Shown in pieces: positions 10,440 to 19,412 of a stretch of 29,895 nt of DNA (positions within the stretch are counted from its first letter, which is position 1; every line of letters begins with the position of its first letter). This DNA comes from a bacterium (GTDB taxonomy: Bacteria > Babelota > Babeliae > Babelales > JAUWHS01). The stretch lies in assembly GCA_043818275.1 (NCBI GenBank), contig JBDRFY010000046.1:1-29895 (forward strand), written 5' to 3'. The position numbers were made by a program, and so were the translations under genes. The notes under the pieces were generated by a model that was not told where the DNA came from, did not search any database, and saw only the letters and a list, made by a program, of their open reading frames with translations.

Positions 10440-10670
10440 TTTTGCAGCGTTAAGTTTTTAGACAATAACGCGCTGGATCAAATTAATTTTAATTGATGCA
10501 AAAGAAATTTAAGATTGTTTCGATATTTAAAACAACTTAAAAGTTATATATAAAATTAAGTTGTTTTTCAGATAAATTATCTTTTTAAATTTTCCATACT
10601 AATATTTAAATTTTTTATTTTCGCAAAATTTTGCGAAAATTTGGTTCAGGTAATAATTTTTTGAACCAGA
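10440..10670 (+). ncRNA. Structured intergenic RNA candidate (6S-syntenic position or rny leader)
   Basis: Consecutive stems visible in the sequence; the position downstream of zapA is where ssrS often lies; no clear 6S sequence match seen. Confidence 0.35.
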
Positions 10671-10717
10671 TGTTTTGTGTTTTGTTTATTTTTTAATTAA
10701 TTATTGAAAGACGAGCC

Positions 10718-12277
10718 ATGATAGAATTTGCATATATTTTAATTTTTACCATAGGCATGTTCTCGGGATTTATGGCTCTTTATTTTTTCTTCAAGTTAAA
10801 AAAAGAACGCGTAATAAAAGCTCAAGGTGATGCTAAACGAATTTTACAAGAAGCGAAGGAAAAATTAGAGCAAGAACGCCGGGAAGCCATAATAAATTTA
10901 AAGAATGAAATTTATAAAAAGAGAAGCGAGTTTGAACTTGAGGTAAAGAAATCAAGAATAGAGGAACAACGATTGCAGCATAAATATCAAAAAAAAGAGG
11001 ATATGCTTGCGCAAAGAGAATTTATGCTTGATGAATTGCGAAAAGAATCACAACAGAAAGAACGAGAGTTAGCCCGAAGATTAGATGTTTTAGGAAGAGA
11101 TGAAATAAAACTAAAAAAACTTTTTACCGAATTAATTACAAAACTTGAAAAATTAAGTGGTGTTACTCAGGAAGAAGCAAAAAAAATTCTTTTCGATTCT
11201 TTACACAAAGAAGTTGAAGCTGAAAATCAAAAGTATATTTTTAAAATTGAAGAAGAAGCCCGAATTGATGCGAAAGAACGCTCAATTGATATAATCGCTA
11301 CCGCCATGCAAAGGTTTCTGTCTGATCAGGTTACTTTACATTCGTCAAGTGTTATTCAGCTTCCAAATGAGGAAATGAAAGGCCGGATAATTGGAAAAGA
11401 AGGCCGAAACATCAAAGCTTTAGAAATGGCAACTGGGATGGAATTTGTAATTGGTGATACTCCAGAGGTTATTTCTATTTCAGGGTTTAATCCGATTAGA
11501 CGAGAAGTTGCAAAAAGGGCCTTAAATTATTTAATACAAGATGGAAGAATAAATCCTACCCGGATTGAAGAAACAGTTGAAAAATGTGAATCGGAATTAG
11601 AGGCTAATATTGAGGAAATGGGACAACAAGCTTTAGTGGAATTTGGTTTTCGGGGCATACACCCGGAATTAGTTAAACTTTTGGGTACCTTGCATTTCAG
11701 AACAAGTTACACACAAAATAATCTGGTTCACAGTAAAGAAGTTGCTTATTTTGCACGTATGATTGCTGCTGAATTGGGTTTAAATGAAACAATTGCAGCC
11801 CGATGTGGATTGTTGCATGATATAGGAAAAGCAGTGTCTGCTGAAGTCGAAGGGCCACATGCTATTGTTGGCGCGGAATTGGCAAAAAAATATGGTGAAG
11901 ATCCAATTATTGTCAATGCAATCGCGAGTCATCATGAAGAGGTCGCGGCAAAAAGTATTTATGGTTTAATTACGCATATTGCCGATGCGATTTCTGCTTC
12001 CCGTCCAGGGGCAAGAAGAGAAACCCTGGCAACATACCTTAAACGGTTAGAACAATTAGAAGAAATAGCAAATTCATTTGATGGTGTTAAAAAAGCATAT
12101 GCTTTGCAGGCCGGCAGAGAAATTCGTGTAATTGTTGATGAAATAAATTTAGATGATGAAAAGGCTATTGCTCTTTCTAGAGATTTGGCAAAAAGAATTG
12201 AAAGCGAAGTAAACTTTCCAGGTTTGATTAAAGTTACTGTTATACGGGAAAAGCGCGCAATAGAATTTGCGAAGTAA
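10718..12277 (+). CDS. rny: Ribonuclease Y
   Basis: N-terminal TM helix, coiled coil, KH domain KGRIIGKEGRNI, HD domain GLLHDIGKA, RPGARRE. Confidence 0.98.
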   Translation: MIEFAYILIFTIGMFSGFMALYFFFKLKKERVIKAQGDAKRILQEAKEKLEQERREAIINLKNEIYKKRSEFELEVKKSRIEEQRLQHKYQKKEDMLAQREFMLDELRKESQQKERELARRLDVLGRDEIKLKKLFTELITKLEKLSGVTQEEAKKILFDSLHKEVEAENQKYIFKIEEEARIDAKERSIDIIATAMQRFLSDQVTLHSSSVIQLPNEEMKGRIIGKEGRNIKALEMATGMEFVIGDTPEVISISGFNPIRREVAKRALNYLIQDGRINPTRIEETVEKCESELEANIEEMGQQALVEFGFRGIHPELVKLLGTLHFRTSYTQNNLVHSKEVAYFARMIAAELGLNETIAARCGLLHDIGKAVSAEVEGPHAIVGAELAKKYGEDPIIVNAIASHHEEVAAKSIYGLITHIADAISASRPGARRETLATYLKRLEQLEEIANSFDGVKKAYALQAGREIRVIVDEINLDDEKAIALSRDLAKRIESEVNFPGLIKVTVIREKRAIEFAK

Positions 12278-12345
12278 CCCCTCTCGTCTAGCTCGGGGCA
12301 AGCTTTCCAGTTAAAGGAAGGATAAATTTTACAAGGAAATAAAAA

Positions 12346-13191
12346 ATGCCAAATTTAAGATTTATGTTTTTGGGTGATATTGTTGGTCAGTCTGGTTGCG
12401 CGATGGTTCAAAAATGGATTCCCAAATTAAAAGAGAAATATAAATTTGATGGTCTTATTGTTAATGGAGAAAATTCTTCTAATAGAGGTAAGGGGATAGG
12501 GCCTAAGTTGGTACAATTTTTTAAAGATTGCGGAGTTGATATAATAACTTCAGGAAATCATATTTTTCAAAAAAAAGAGATTTTTGAAACCCTGAATGAA
12601 AGAAATGACATTATTCGTCCTGCGAATTATCCTGCGCAATGTCCCGGAAAAGGTTTTGCAATCTTTGAAAAAAATAATTTCAGTATTGCTGTGATAAATT
12701 TGCAGGGACAGATTTTTATGCATCAACACCTTGATAGTCCATTTCGTACTGTTGAATCAATTTTGACTTTTCTAAGAACAAAAACAAATATAATTTTTGT
12801 TGATTTTCATGCTGAGGCCACATCAGAAAAACAGGTTATGGGTTTATTTTTAGATGGAAAAGTATCAGCCGTTTTAGGAACGCACACACATGTGCAAACA
12901 GCAGATGAAAAAATTATGCCCGGAGGTACAGCATTTATTTCTGATTTAGGTTTTTGTGGCGCGCAGCATTCTGTTATTGGAGATAAATACGATATCATTC
13001 TGCGTCATTTTTTAACGCAAATGCCAGCCAAATTTGAAGTGGAAATTAAAGGACCAATGGTTTTGTTTGGCGCAATTGTTGATGTTGACACAAATTCTGG
13101 AAAAGCATTAAAAATAGAAAGAGTTAAGGTTGTTGATGATGAAATTCAGGAGATGTTGAAGTCAGACAAAACACCATCCCGTTCGCCCTGA
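12346..13191 (+). CDS. ymdB: YmdB-like (TIGR00282) metallophosphoesterase
   Basis: GDIVG, NGEN, TSGNH, DFHAEATSEK, GTHTHVQTAD; follows rny. Confidence 0.93.
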   Translation: MPNLRFMFLGDIVGQSGCAMVQKWIPKLKEKYKFDGLIVNGENSSNRGKGIGPKLVQFFKDCGVDIITSGNHIFQKKEIFETLNERNDIIRPANYPAQCPGKGFAIFEKNNFSIAVINLQGQIFMHQHLDSPFRTVESILTFLRTKTNIIFVDFHAEATSEKQVMGLFLDGKVSAVLGTHTHVQTADEKIMPGGTAFISDLGFCGAQHSVIGDKYDIILRHFLTQMPAKFEVEIKGPMVLFGAIVDVDTNSGKALKIERVKVVDDEIQEMLKSDKTPSRSP

Positions 13192-13231
13192 TCCTTCGAC
13201 AATGCTCAGGAATAAAGGTGTCTCGAAGGGT
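13178..13231. repeat. Small GC-richer palindromic (REP-like) element overlapping the ymdB stop
   Basis: CCTTCGA (13193-13199) pairs with TCGAAGG (13223-13229); CCTGA/TCAGG is an alternative stem; a degenerate similar copy lies at 12278-12303. Confidence 0.45.
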
Positions 13232-13238
13232 TTAATTT

Positions 13239-14285
13239 ATGTTTCTTTCATTTTATTTTTACAAAAATTTTTATAAAAACTTTTGTATTTTTTTAATCAT
13301 TCTTTCTCTCGTTTTTGTTTCAGGTGACTTGTTTGTTCGGCTTTCAATGTTACCAACATTTACATCTGCCGCCTGGGTTTTTTTTTATATGCTGCCTTTG
13401 ATGTTATCAATGGCTTTACCTATCGCATCTTGTATAGCCATTCAGTTATCAATAGGAAATTTGTATACAACAGATGAAGTTTTATTTTTTCATTATTTTT
13501 CATCCGCAAGAAAAACTATTTATAAAACAGTTTTTGTTTTTTCATTAACTCTTTTGTTTTTATATATTCCATTTATTTTTCATTTAGTACCTCACAGCTA
13601 TAAAAAAGGAAAAGATTTTATTGTTAATTTTGCAAAGGAGCAATTTTACCAGTTAGAAGAGAAAAAGCTGCATAATATTTTGCCAAATTTAACTTTATAT
13701 TTTAAAAAAAAAGATTTATCTGAAAGAGATAAACCTAAATTTTATAACCTGCTACTTACTTTTAATGAAAAAAATAAAGACAGATATTTAATAAATTCCA
13801 AGGGGGGTTATTTTCATAAAAATATTTTGTATCTCAAAGATGGAATGATTCAGAATATGGGAAAAGATAAATTTTATACAGCTTATTTTGAAGAAACAGA
13901 GATTAATTTGAAACGGTTTTTTTTTGATGAGCAAGAGTCTAAGGATACTCATTTAAAATTTTTTACATTAGGTCAATTGTTAAAGAATAAACATTTGCAG
14001 AAACAGGTTTTTTTTGAATTTCATAAAAGAATAGCTCAAACGTTGTGGCAGTTTTTGCTCCCTTTTTTATCATTATTTTTAATTTTATTGTTTGCCAGAA
14101 ATAAGAGTAATTTATTAATTAGTGTTCTTCTTTCCGGTTTTTTGTTTTTGTCTTTTTATTTTTCTGTTAATCTTGGTTTTTGTGTTTTCGGCTCCCCAGC
14201 TTTAGCTTTAATTTTTTTATACACACTTCCAGTTGCAATGTTTTTTATTTTAATGTTTGCATATAAGTGGAAATATAACCTGTAG
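13239..14285 (+). CDS. LptF/LptG (YjgP/YjgQ) family permease
   Basis: 3 TM + soluble domain + 3 TM; LSMALPIA, NLYTTDE, EFHKRIA motifs. Confidence 0.75.
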   Translation: MFLSFYFYKNFYKNFCIFLIILSLVFVSGDLFVRLSMLPTFTSAAWVFFYMLPLMLSMALPIASCIAIQLSIGNLYTTDEVLFFHYFSSARKTIYKTVFVFSLTLLFLYIPFIFHLVPHSYKKGKDFIVNFAKEQFYQLEEKKLHNILPNLTLYFKKKDLSERDKPKFYNLLLTFNEKNKDRYLINSKGGYFHKNILYLKDGMIQNMGKDKFYTAYFEETEINLKRFFFDEQESKDTHLKFFTLGQLLKNKHLQKQVFFEFHKRIAQTLWQFLLPFLSLFLILLFARNKSNLLISVLLSGFLFLSFYFSVNLGFCVFGSPALALIFLYTLPVAMFFILMFAYKWKYNL

Positions 14286-14293
14286 GAGAGTAG

Positions 14294-15196
14294 ATGTTTT
14301 TAGTTATTCTTGAGTATTTAATTCTTGCTTCAACTTTTACAATTGCAAAAGCAACTCTTTTTTATGCCAAACCTTTTTTTATTATTGGTATTCGTATGAC
14401 TTTTGCAGGAATTTTGCTTCTTGGTTTTAAATATTTAACAGACAAAAGAAGTCTAACCTTATATAAAAGTGATTGGTGGCTATTCTTAAAAGCGTCCATT
14501 TTTCATATTTATTTAGCCTTTATTCCGGAGTTTTGGGCATTGCAATATTTAACGTCCGCAAAAACTAATTTAATTTACTCAGCTACACCTTTCATAGCAG
14601 CTTTACTGGCATATTTTATTTTTGCAGAAAAACTAACAAGACAAAAAACAATAGGAATGTTTATTGGTCTGCTTGGTTTAATTCCTATTTTTTTAACTCA
14701 AACTGATCCCCGTGAAGGTTCTATGGAGCTATTTTCCTTTTCTTTACCAGAACTGGTTTTGTTAGGGGCTGTTTTTTCCGCAACTTATGCCTGGTTTATA
14801 ATTAAAAAATTATTAATCAAGGGTTACTCATTGGTTGTGATTAACGGAGTGTCGATGTTTGTAGGAGGAATTTTTTCTTTATTAACATCTTTTATTTTTG
14901 AAGGCGTAAAAACAAATCCTGTTTTTGATTTTTGGCCTTTTTTATTTTGGGTTTTATTTTTAATTTTGATGGCCAATATCATTAGTTATAATCTTTATGC
15001 CTGGTTAATCAAACATTATTCAATAACATTTGTAACTTTTGCCGGTTTTTTATGTCCTGTTTTTGGGGCCTTTTTAGGCTGGTTTTTTCTTGGAGAGCAT
15101 ATTTCCTGGCATTATTATTTTGCTTTGCTTTGCATCGCTATTGGTTTATATGTTTTTTATAAAGATGAAATGAAACTTAAGCAGGAGCTTGCTTGA
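14294..15196 (+). CDS. EamA/DMT family transporter
   Basis: About 10 TM in two repeats; GIRMTFAG, ALQYLTSA, PVFGAFLGWFFLGEHI. Confidence 0.9.
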   Translation: MFLVILEYLILASTFTIAKATLFYAKPFFIIGIRMTFAGILLLGFKYLTDKRSLTLYKSDWWLFLKASIFHIYLAFIPEFWALQYLTSAKTNLIYSATPFIAALLAYFIFAEKLTRQKTIGMFIGLLGLIPIFLTQTDPREGSMELFSFSLPELVLLGAVFSATYAWFIIKKLLIKGYSLVVINGVSMFVGGIFSLLTSFIFEGVKTNPVFDFWPFLFWVLFLILMANIISYNLYAWLIKHYSITFVTFAGFLCPVFGAFLGWFFLGEHISWHYYFALLCIAIGLYVFYKDEMKLKQELA

Positions 15197-16064
15197 ATTT
15201 AGATTTTTGTTTTTCAGTCATGTAAATAATATTTAATGCTAATTGTTTTAAAAAAATTGCTTTTGTTCCAAATGGTTCTATTTGTTTTATTGCTGTATTA
15301 ATTTTTTCTTTGATGATTTTTACAGAAGTTTCATAGCCATATAATTTATAAAAGGTTAAAGGATTTTGCTCTTTTGGTGTTGCCAGATCATCAAGAATCT
15401 GAAATGCAAAACCAAGATTATCTGCGTATTGGATAAGCGCATCGTTATCCGTTTCACTTGTTTTTGTAAAGCTTGTTCCGATAATCGCGGAAAGCTTGAA
15501 AAGTTTAGCCGTTTTATTTTGAGCAATGTAATTAAGAGTACCAAAACTATTTTTTGGTACTCTTAATGTTTTTTGCATATCAAGGTCAACTTTTTGTCCG
15601 CCGGTTACTCCATCAAAACCCATATGTATCGCAGATTGCTTAATTAAATTTAATGAAGTTAGCGGATCTATATTATTTGATATTGTTTCTGTTACCAAAA
15701 TTTCAAAAGCTTTTTTACAAAGACCAAAAGAGGTTAAAATTGCATCATGCTCAGAAAATTTTTTATGAAAAGATAGTTTATTTCTTCTGTAATCGTCATC
15801 ATCCATACATGGCAAATCATCTAACAAAAGAGTTGCAACATGAAATAGTTCTATTGCGCAAGCTGAATTAATTATTTTTTCTAATGATCCACCTAAAATT
15901 TCATTAATTGTTATTGCCAGAATTGGCCGTAATCTTTTTCCCTCTTGGAAAAAAGCATAAGAAATCATTTTTAGTAATTCTGAATTGTTTTTAAAGTGTA
16001 AAAGAAATAATTGTTTTAAAGAGTCATCAATTATTTCTTTTTTTTGAACTAAAGCGTTTTTCAT
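15177..16064 (-). CDS. Short-chain polyprenyl diphosphate synthase (IspA/GGPPS family)
   Basis: GKRLRP, FARM DDLPCMDDDDYRR, GQKVDL, KTAKLF, FQILDD. Confidence 0.88.
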   Translation of the reverse strand: MKNALVQKKEIIDDSLKQLFLLHFKNNSELLKMISYAFFQEGKRLRPILAITINEILGGSLEKIINSACAIELFHVATLLLDDLPCMDDDDYRRNKLSFHKKFSEHDAILTSFGLCKKAFEILVTETISNNIDPLTSLNLIKQSAIHMGFDGVTGGQKVDLDMQKTLRVPKNSFGTLNYIAQNKTAKLFKLSAIIGTSFTKTSETDNDALIQYADNLGFAFQILDDLATPKEQNPLTFYKLYGYETSVKIIKEKINTAIKQIEPFGTKAIFLKQLALNIIYMTEKQKSKFKQAPA

Positions 16065-18541
16065 CAGAGTATTTTCATTTCATTTTCTATTTTTTCTCTG
16101 GCAAATTCATAGGAGTCTGATTTTTTAAATTTAATTGGTTTGCCAAATTTAATTACGACTGTTCCCTTTTTTCGTGGGTGCAGTTTTTCATAAGGAACAA
16201 TGTCGTTTGTACCAGTAATTTTTACAGGAATAATTTGACAATTCATATCAACAGCAATTAACCCGGCTCCACGTTTTAATTCCTGAAATTTTCCGCTTTC
16301 ACTTACATGTCCTTCTGGAAAAATAATTACAGAATAATTATCATCTAGCATTTGCCCCATATAATCCAATCCCAGCATTATATTTTCACCTTCTTTTCTT
16401 GGAAGTGGAAAAGTATTTGCAAAAAGTTCTGCCAACCACGCGACGTGTTTAAATTCCTCGTAAACAACATCTCTTGCTGCTGCAATTGCTATTCGTTTTC
16501 TAATGTTGAATGGAAGTGACATAAGAAGTGGAATTGAATCAATATAACTTATATGATTTGACATGAAAATTACGGGCAAATTTATATTTTTTAAGTTTTC
16601 AAGTCCGCCTGTTTTTAATTTTATGAAAAATTTTGAGTATAAAAAAGTTAAAAATTGTCCCGCGTTTCTTATCCAGGAGGCAAAAAAACTTCGCGACCAT
16701 TTTTTTAATGGTGGAAGTTTTGGTAAGGGTTCATGTTTTTCTATAATTTTTTCAAGTTCAGCTACTGTAGTTTTTTGATTTATTATTGTTTCATCTATTG
16801 CCACGTTTAAATCTTGTCCAATTCTTCCAACGATTTCCACCCACATTAAAGAATCTATTTTTAAATTTTCGATCAGTTTTGAATGAGCATGAATTTTATC
16901 AATTTCTACACCGGTTATCTGACTTAATATTTTTTTTACAGGCCCATCAGTATCTTTTTTTATTTTTTGTGACGCGTCTTTTTTACTTTGTAAAATTTTT
17001 AATACTTCTTCTTTTTTTACTTTTCTTGTAGCAGAGCGGGGAAAGTCATCATCCGGCCAAGCAGAATAACCTGTAATTCTTTGATACGTAGCAAGATCTT
17101 CATTTGCAGTATTAATAATTTTTTCTATATCGAACTTTTGATCTTTTAAAAGTAAAACAGCGTGAACTTCTACCATTCCAGAAGGAAGATGTATGCCTAA
17201 AACGCAGCTGTCTTTAACGCCCTCAATTTTATTTAACTCAAGTTCAATATCTTCTGGGAATATGTTTTGTCCTCCGGGACCAATAATAATGTATTTTTTT
17301 CTACCTTTTAAAAACAAAAAACCGTCCTTATCAAATTCTCCCATGTCTCCAGTTTTAAACCAGCCGTCATCCGTAAATTCCTGTTTTGTTTTTTCTTCAT
17401 TTTTAAAATAACCCGAAAAGACATTTGAGCCTTTTGCCAAAATTTCACTTTCATCGCTAATTTTTATTTGAACATCACCTACAGGTTTTCCAACAGATTC
17501 AAATTTATGTTGTTTATATGTATTAGCAGTTAGAAGAGGGGAGGTTTCTGTTAATCCGTATCCTTGTAATAAAGTAATTCCTAAAGCATTCCATTCTTTT
17601 TCTAGATTTGGATCTAAAAATGCACCACCACATCCAATCGTATCAAGTTTTCCACCTATTTTTTTATGAACAGAGTGGAATAATATCTTTGCCAGCATCT
17701 TATTTTTAAATTTGAATGATAATTCAAGCATTTTGTTAAATAGTTTTAATTTTTTCTTTTTTTCTGCTTCATCTTTTATTTTAGACATTAAAAGTTTTAA
17801 AAACTCAGGAACCGCAATCATTTTTGTAATTTTATATTGTTGTAATAAATCCGCAATCGCGGAATATGAATGGGTGTAAATTATATGAACCTTATAATAA
17901 AAGGGCAGAAAAAACCCAATTGTCTGTTCGAATATGTGAGTTAGCGGCAAAATTGAAAGCAAGCGATCTTTGTTTTCCTGTATCATTTCAAGTTGGCTTA
18001 CAGCCTGAATATTTGAATAAATGTTTTTATGTGTAAGCATTACACCTTTTGGATCCCCAGTAGTGCCTGAAGTATATAAAATTTCTATTAAATCATTTTC
18101 ATGAATTTCCGGTTCTTTAAAATCTTTTGGATTCAATTCACTAATTAACTCTTCAATAAGTTCGATATCAAAACGTTTAATATTGTGATCGATGTCACGT
18201 TTTAAAAATTTACTTTGAAAAATTAATTTAGCTTCTGTCTGATCAAGAATTTTATTTATTTGTGCGGATGTATTTTGAATATTAACTGGAACCAAAATGT
18301 TTTTATTTAAAATTGTTGCCCAAAAAATGGTCCCCCAATAAGGAGAATTTGGTGCAAAAATTAAAATTTTATCATTGTGAGTTATTCCTTGTTTTTGTAA
18401 AAATAAAGCGATTTGTCTGGCCATATCATAAACTTGCCTGAATGTTAAAGTTTGGATTCTATGGCTAATTTTCATTGTCAAAGCTGGAGTATTCGGATAT
18501 CTTTTGACAGCATCCTTTAAAATGTTATTAAGAATCTTCAT
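16064..18541 (-). CDS. Fatty acyl-AMP/CoA ligase - acyl carrier domain - lysophospholipid acyltransferase (PlsC-like) fusion
   Basis: YTSGTTGDPKG, GYGLTE, FKTGD (adenylation); IDSL phosphopantetheine site; NHISYID and FPEG (acyltransferase). Confidence 0.88.
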   Translation of the reverse strand: MKILNNILKDAVKRYPNTPALTMKISHRIQTLTFRQVYDMARQIALFLQKQGITHNDKILIFAPNSPYWGTIFWATILNKNILVPVNIQNTSAQINKILDQTEAKLIFQSKFLKRDIDHNIKRFDIELIEELISELNPKDFKEPEIHENDLIEILYTSGTTGDPKGVMLTHKNIYSNIQAVSQLEMIQENKDRLLSILPLTHIFEQTIGFFLPFYYKVHIIYTHSYSAIADLLQQYKITKMIAVPEFLKLLMSKIKDEAEKKKKLKLFNKMLELSFKFKNKMLAKILFHSVHKKIGGKLDTIGCGGAFLDPNLEKEWNALGITLLQGYGLTETSPLLTANTYKQHKFESVGKPVGDVQIKISDESEILAKGSNVFSGYFKNEEKTKQEFTDDGWFKTGDMGEFDKDGFLFLKGRKKYIIIGPGGQNIFPEDIELELNKIEGVKDSCVLGIHLPSGMVEVHAVLLLKDQKFDIEKIINTANEDLATYQRITGYSAWPDDDFPRSATRKVKKEEVLKILQSKKDASQKIKKDTDGPVKKILSQITGVEIDKIHAHSKLIENLKIDSLMWVEIVGRIGQDLNVAIDETIINQKTTVAELEKIIEKHEPLPKLPPLKKWSRSFFASWIRNAGQFLTFLYSKFFIKLKTGGLENLKNINLPVIFMSNHISYIDSIPLLMSLPFNIRKRIAIAAARDVVYEEFKHVAWLAELFANTFPLPRKEGENIMLGLDYMGQMLDDNYSVIIFPEGHVSESGKFQELKRGAGLIAVDMNCQIIPVKITGTNDIVPYEKLHPRKKGTVVIKFGKPIKFKKSDSYEFAREKIENEMKIL

Positions 18542-19115
18542 TACTAATTTCCTTTTCGATAATGGAGATTAGTTTATTTACCGTTTTTTCAAAATCATCA
18601 TTTATTAAATTATATTTAAATAAATGTTCTTTTTTTTCTGTTATCATTTCTTTTTCAGCTAATTTCAGTCTTGTTTTAATTAATTCAGCAGAATCGTTTC
18701 TTTTTTTGAGGCGCTTTTCTAATTCAGATAAGCTTGGTGGTTCAATCCATATTAAGATTGGATTGTGTATTAATGTTAAATAATTTTGGGCTCCGGGATA
18801 GTCAACAACAATTATAAACGACTGGCCTTGTTTTATTTTGTCTAAAATGTCAGTGGGGGAACCATAGTAGTTATCGTGATATTTGGTCGTTTCCAGAAAA
18901 AACCCTTTTTTTTGTTTGTTTAAAAATTCAGTTTCAGATAAAAAATGATAGTCTTTTCCATGCTTTTCATTTTGCCGTGGTTTGCGGGTTGTGTAAGTAA
19001 TGACCTTACTTATTGGATATTTATTTTTTAAACGGTTTAAACCTTCAAGAGTTAATGTTGTTTTGCCGGCCCCAGAAGGAGCTGAAATTATAAAAATTTT
19101 TCCTTGTTTATTCAT
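18528..19115 (-). CDS. gmk: Guanylate kinase (start may be 19115 or 19139)
   Basis: SAPSGAGKTT, TTRKPR, GKDYHF, YYGSP. Confidence 0.95.
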   Translation of the reverse strand: MNKQGKIFIISAPSGAGKTTLTLEGLNRLKNKYPISKVITYTTRKPRQNEKHGKDYHFLSETEFLNKQKKGFFLETTKYHDNYYGSPTDILDKIKQGQSFIIVVDYPGAQNYLTLIHNPILIWIEPPSLSELEKRLKKRNDSAELIKTRLKLAEKEMITEKKEHLFKYNLINDDFEKTVNKLISIIEKEISNEDS

Positions 19116-19412
19116 TATAAACCTTTTCACTAAATACATATTTGTAGAAACCTTATTATACCAAATAAATAATTATTGTTTTTATAAACAAATTGCGTCT
19201 GATAATGATCGCTTGTTTTAACTTATTTTATAATGAAAGTTTACCAAATTATTATTTTTATTTTTTTGCCTAAAATTTATTTATGTTGATTCTTCTTTAA
19301 TGATAGCCGTTGTAAATTATTTGAATTGTTTTAGTAACAATAATCAACATTTAAATAAAATTATTAATTGGTATAATGAATAACTACGTTGTGAAGTGAT
19401 TATACTAATTTA

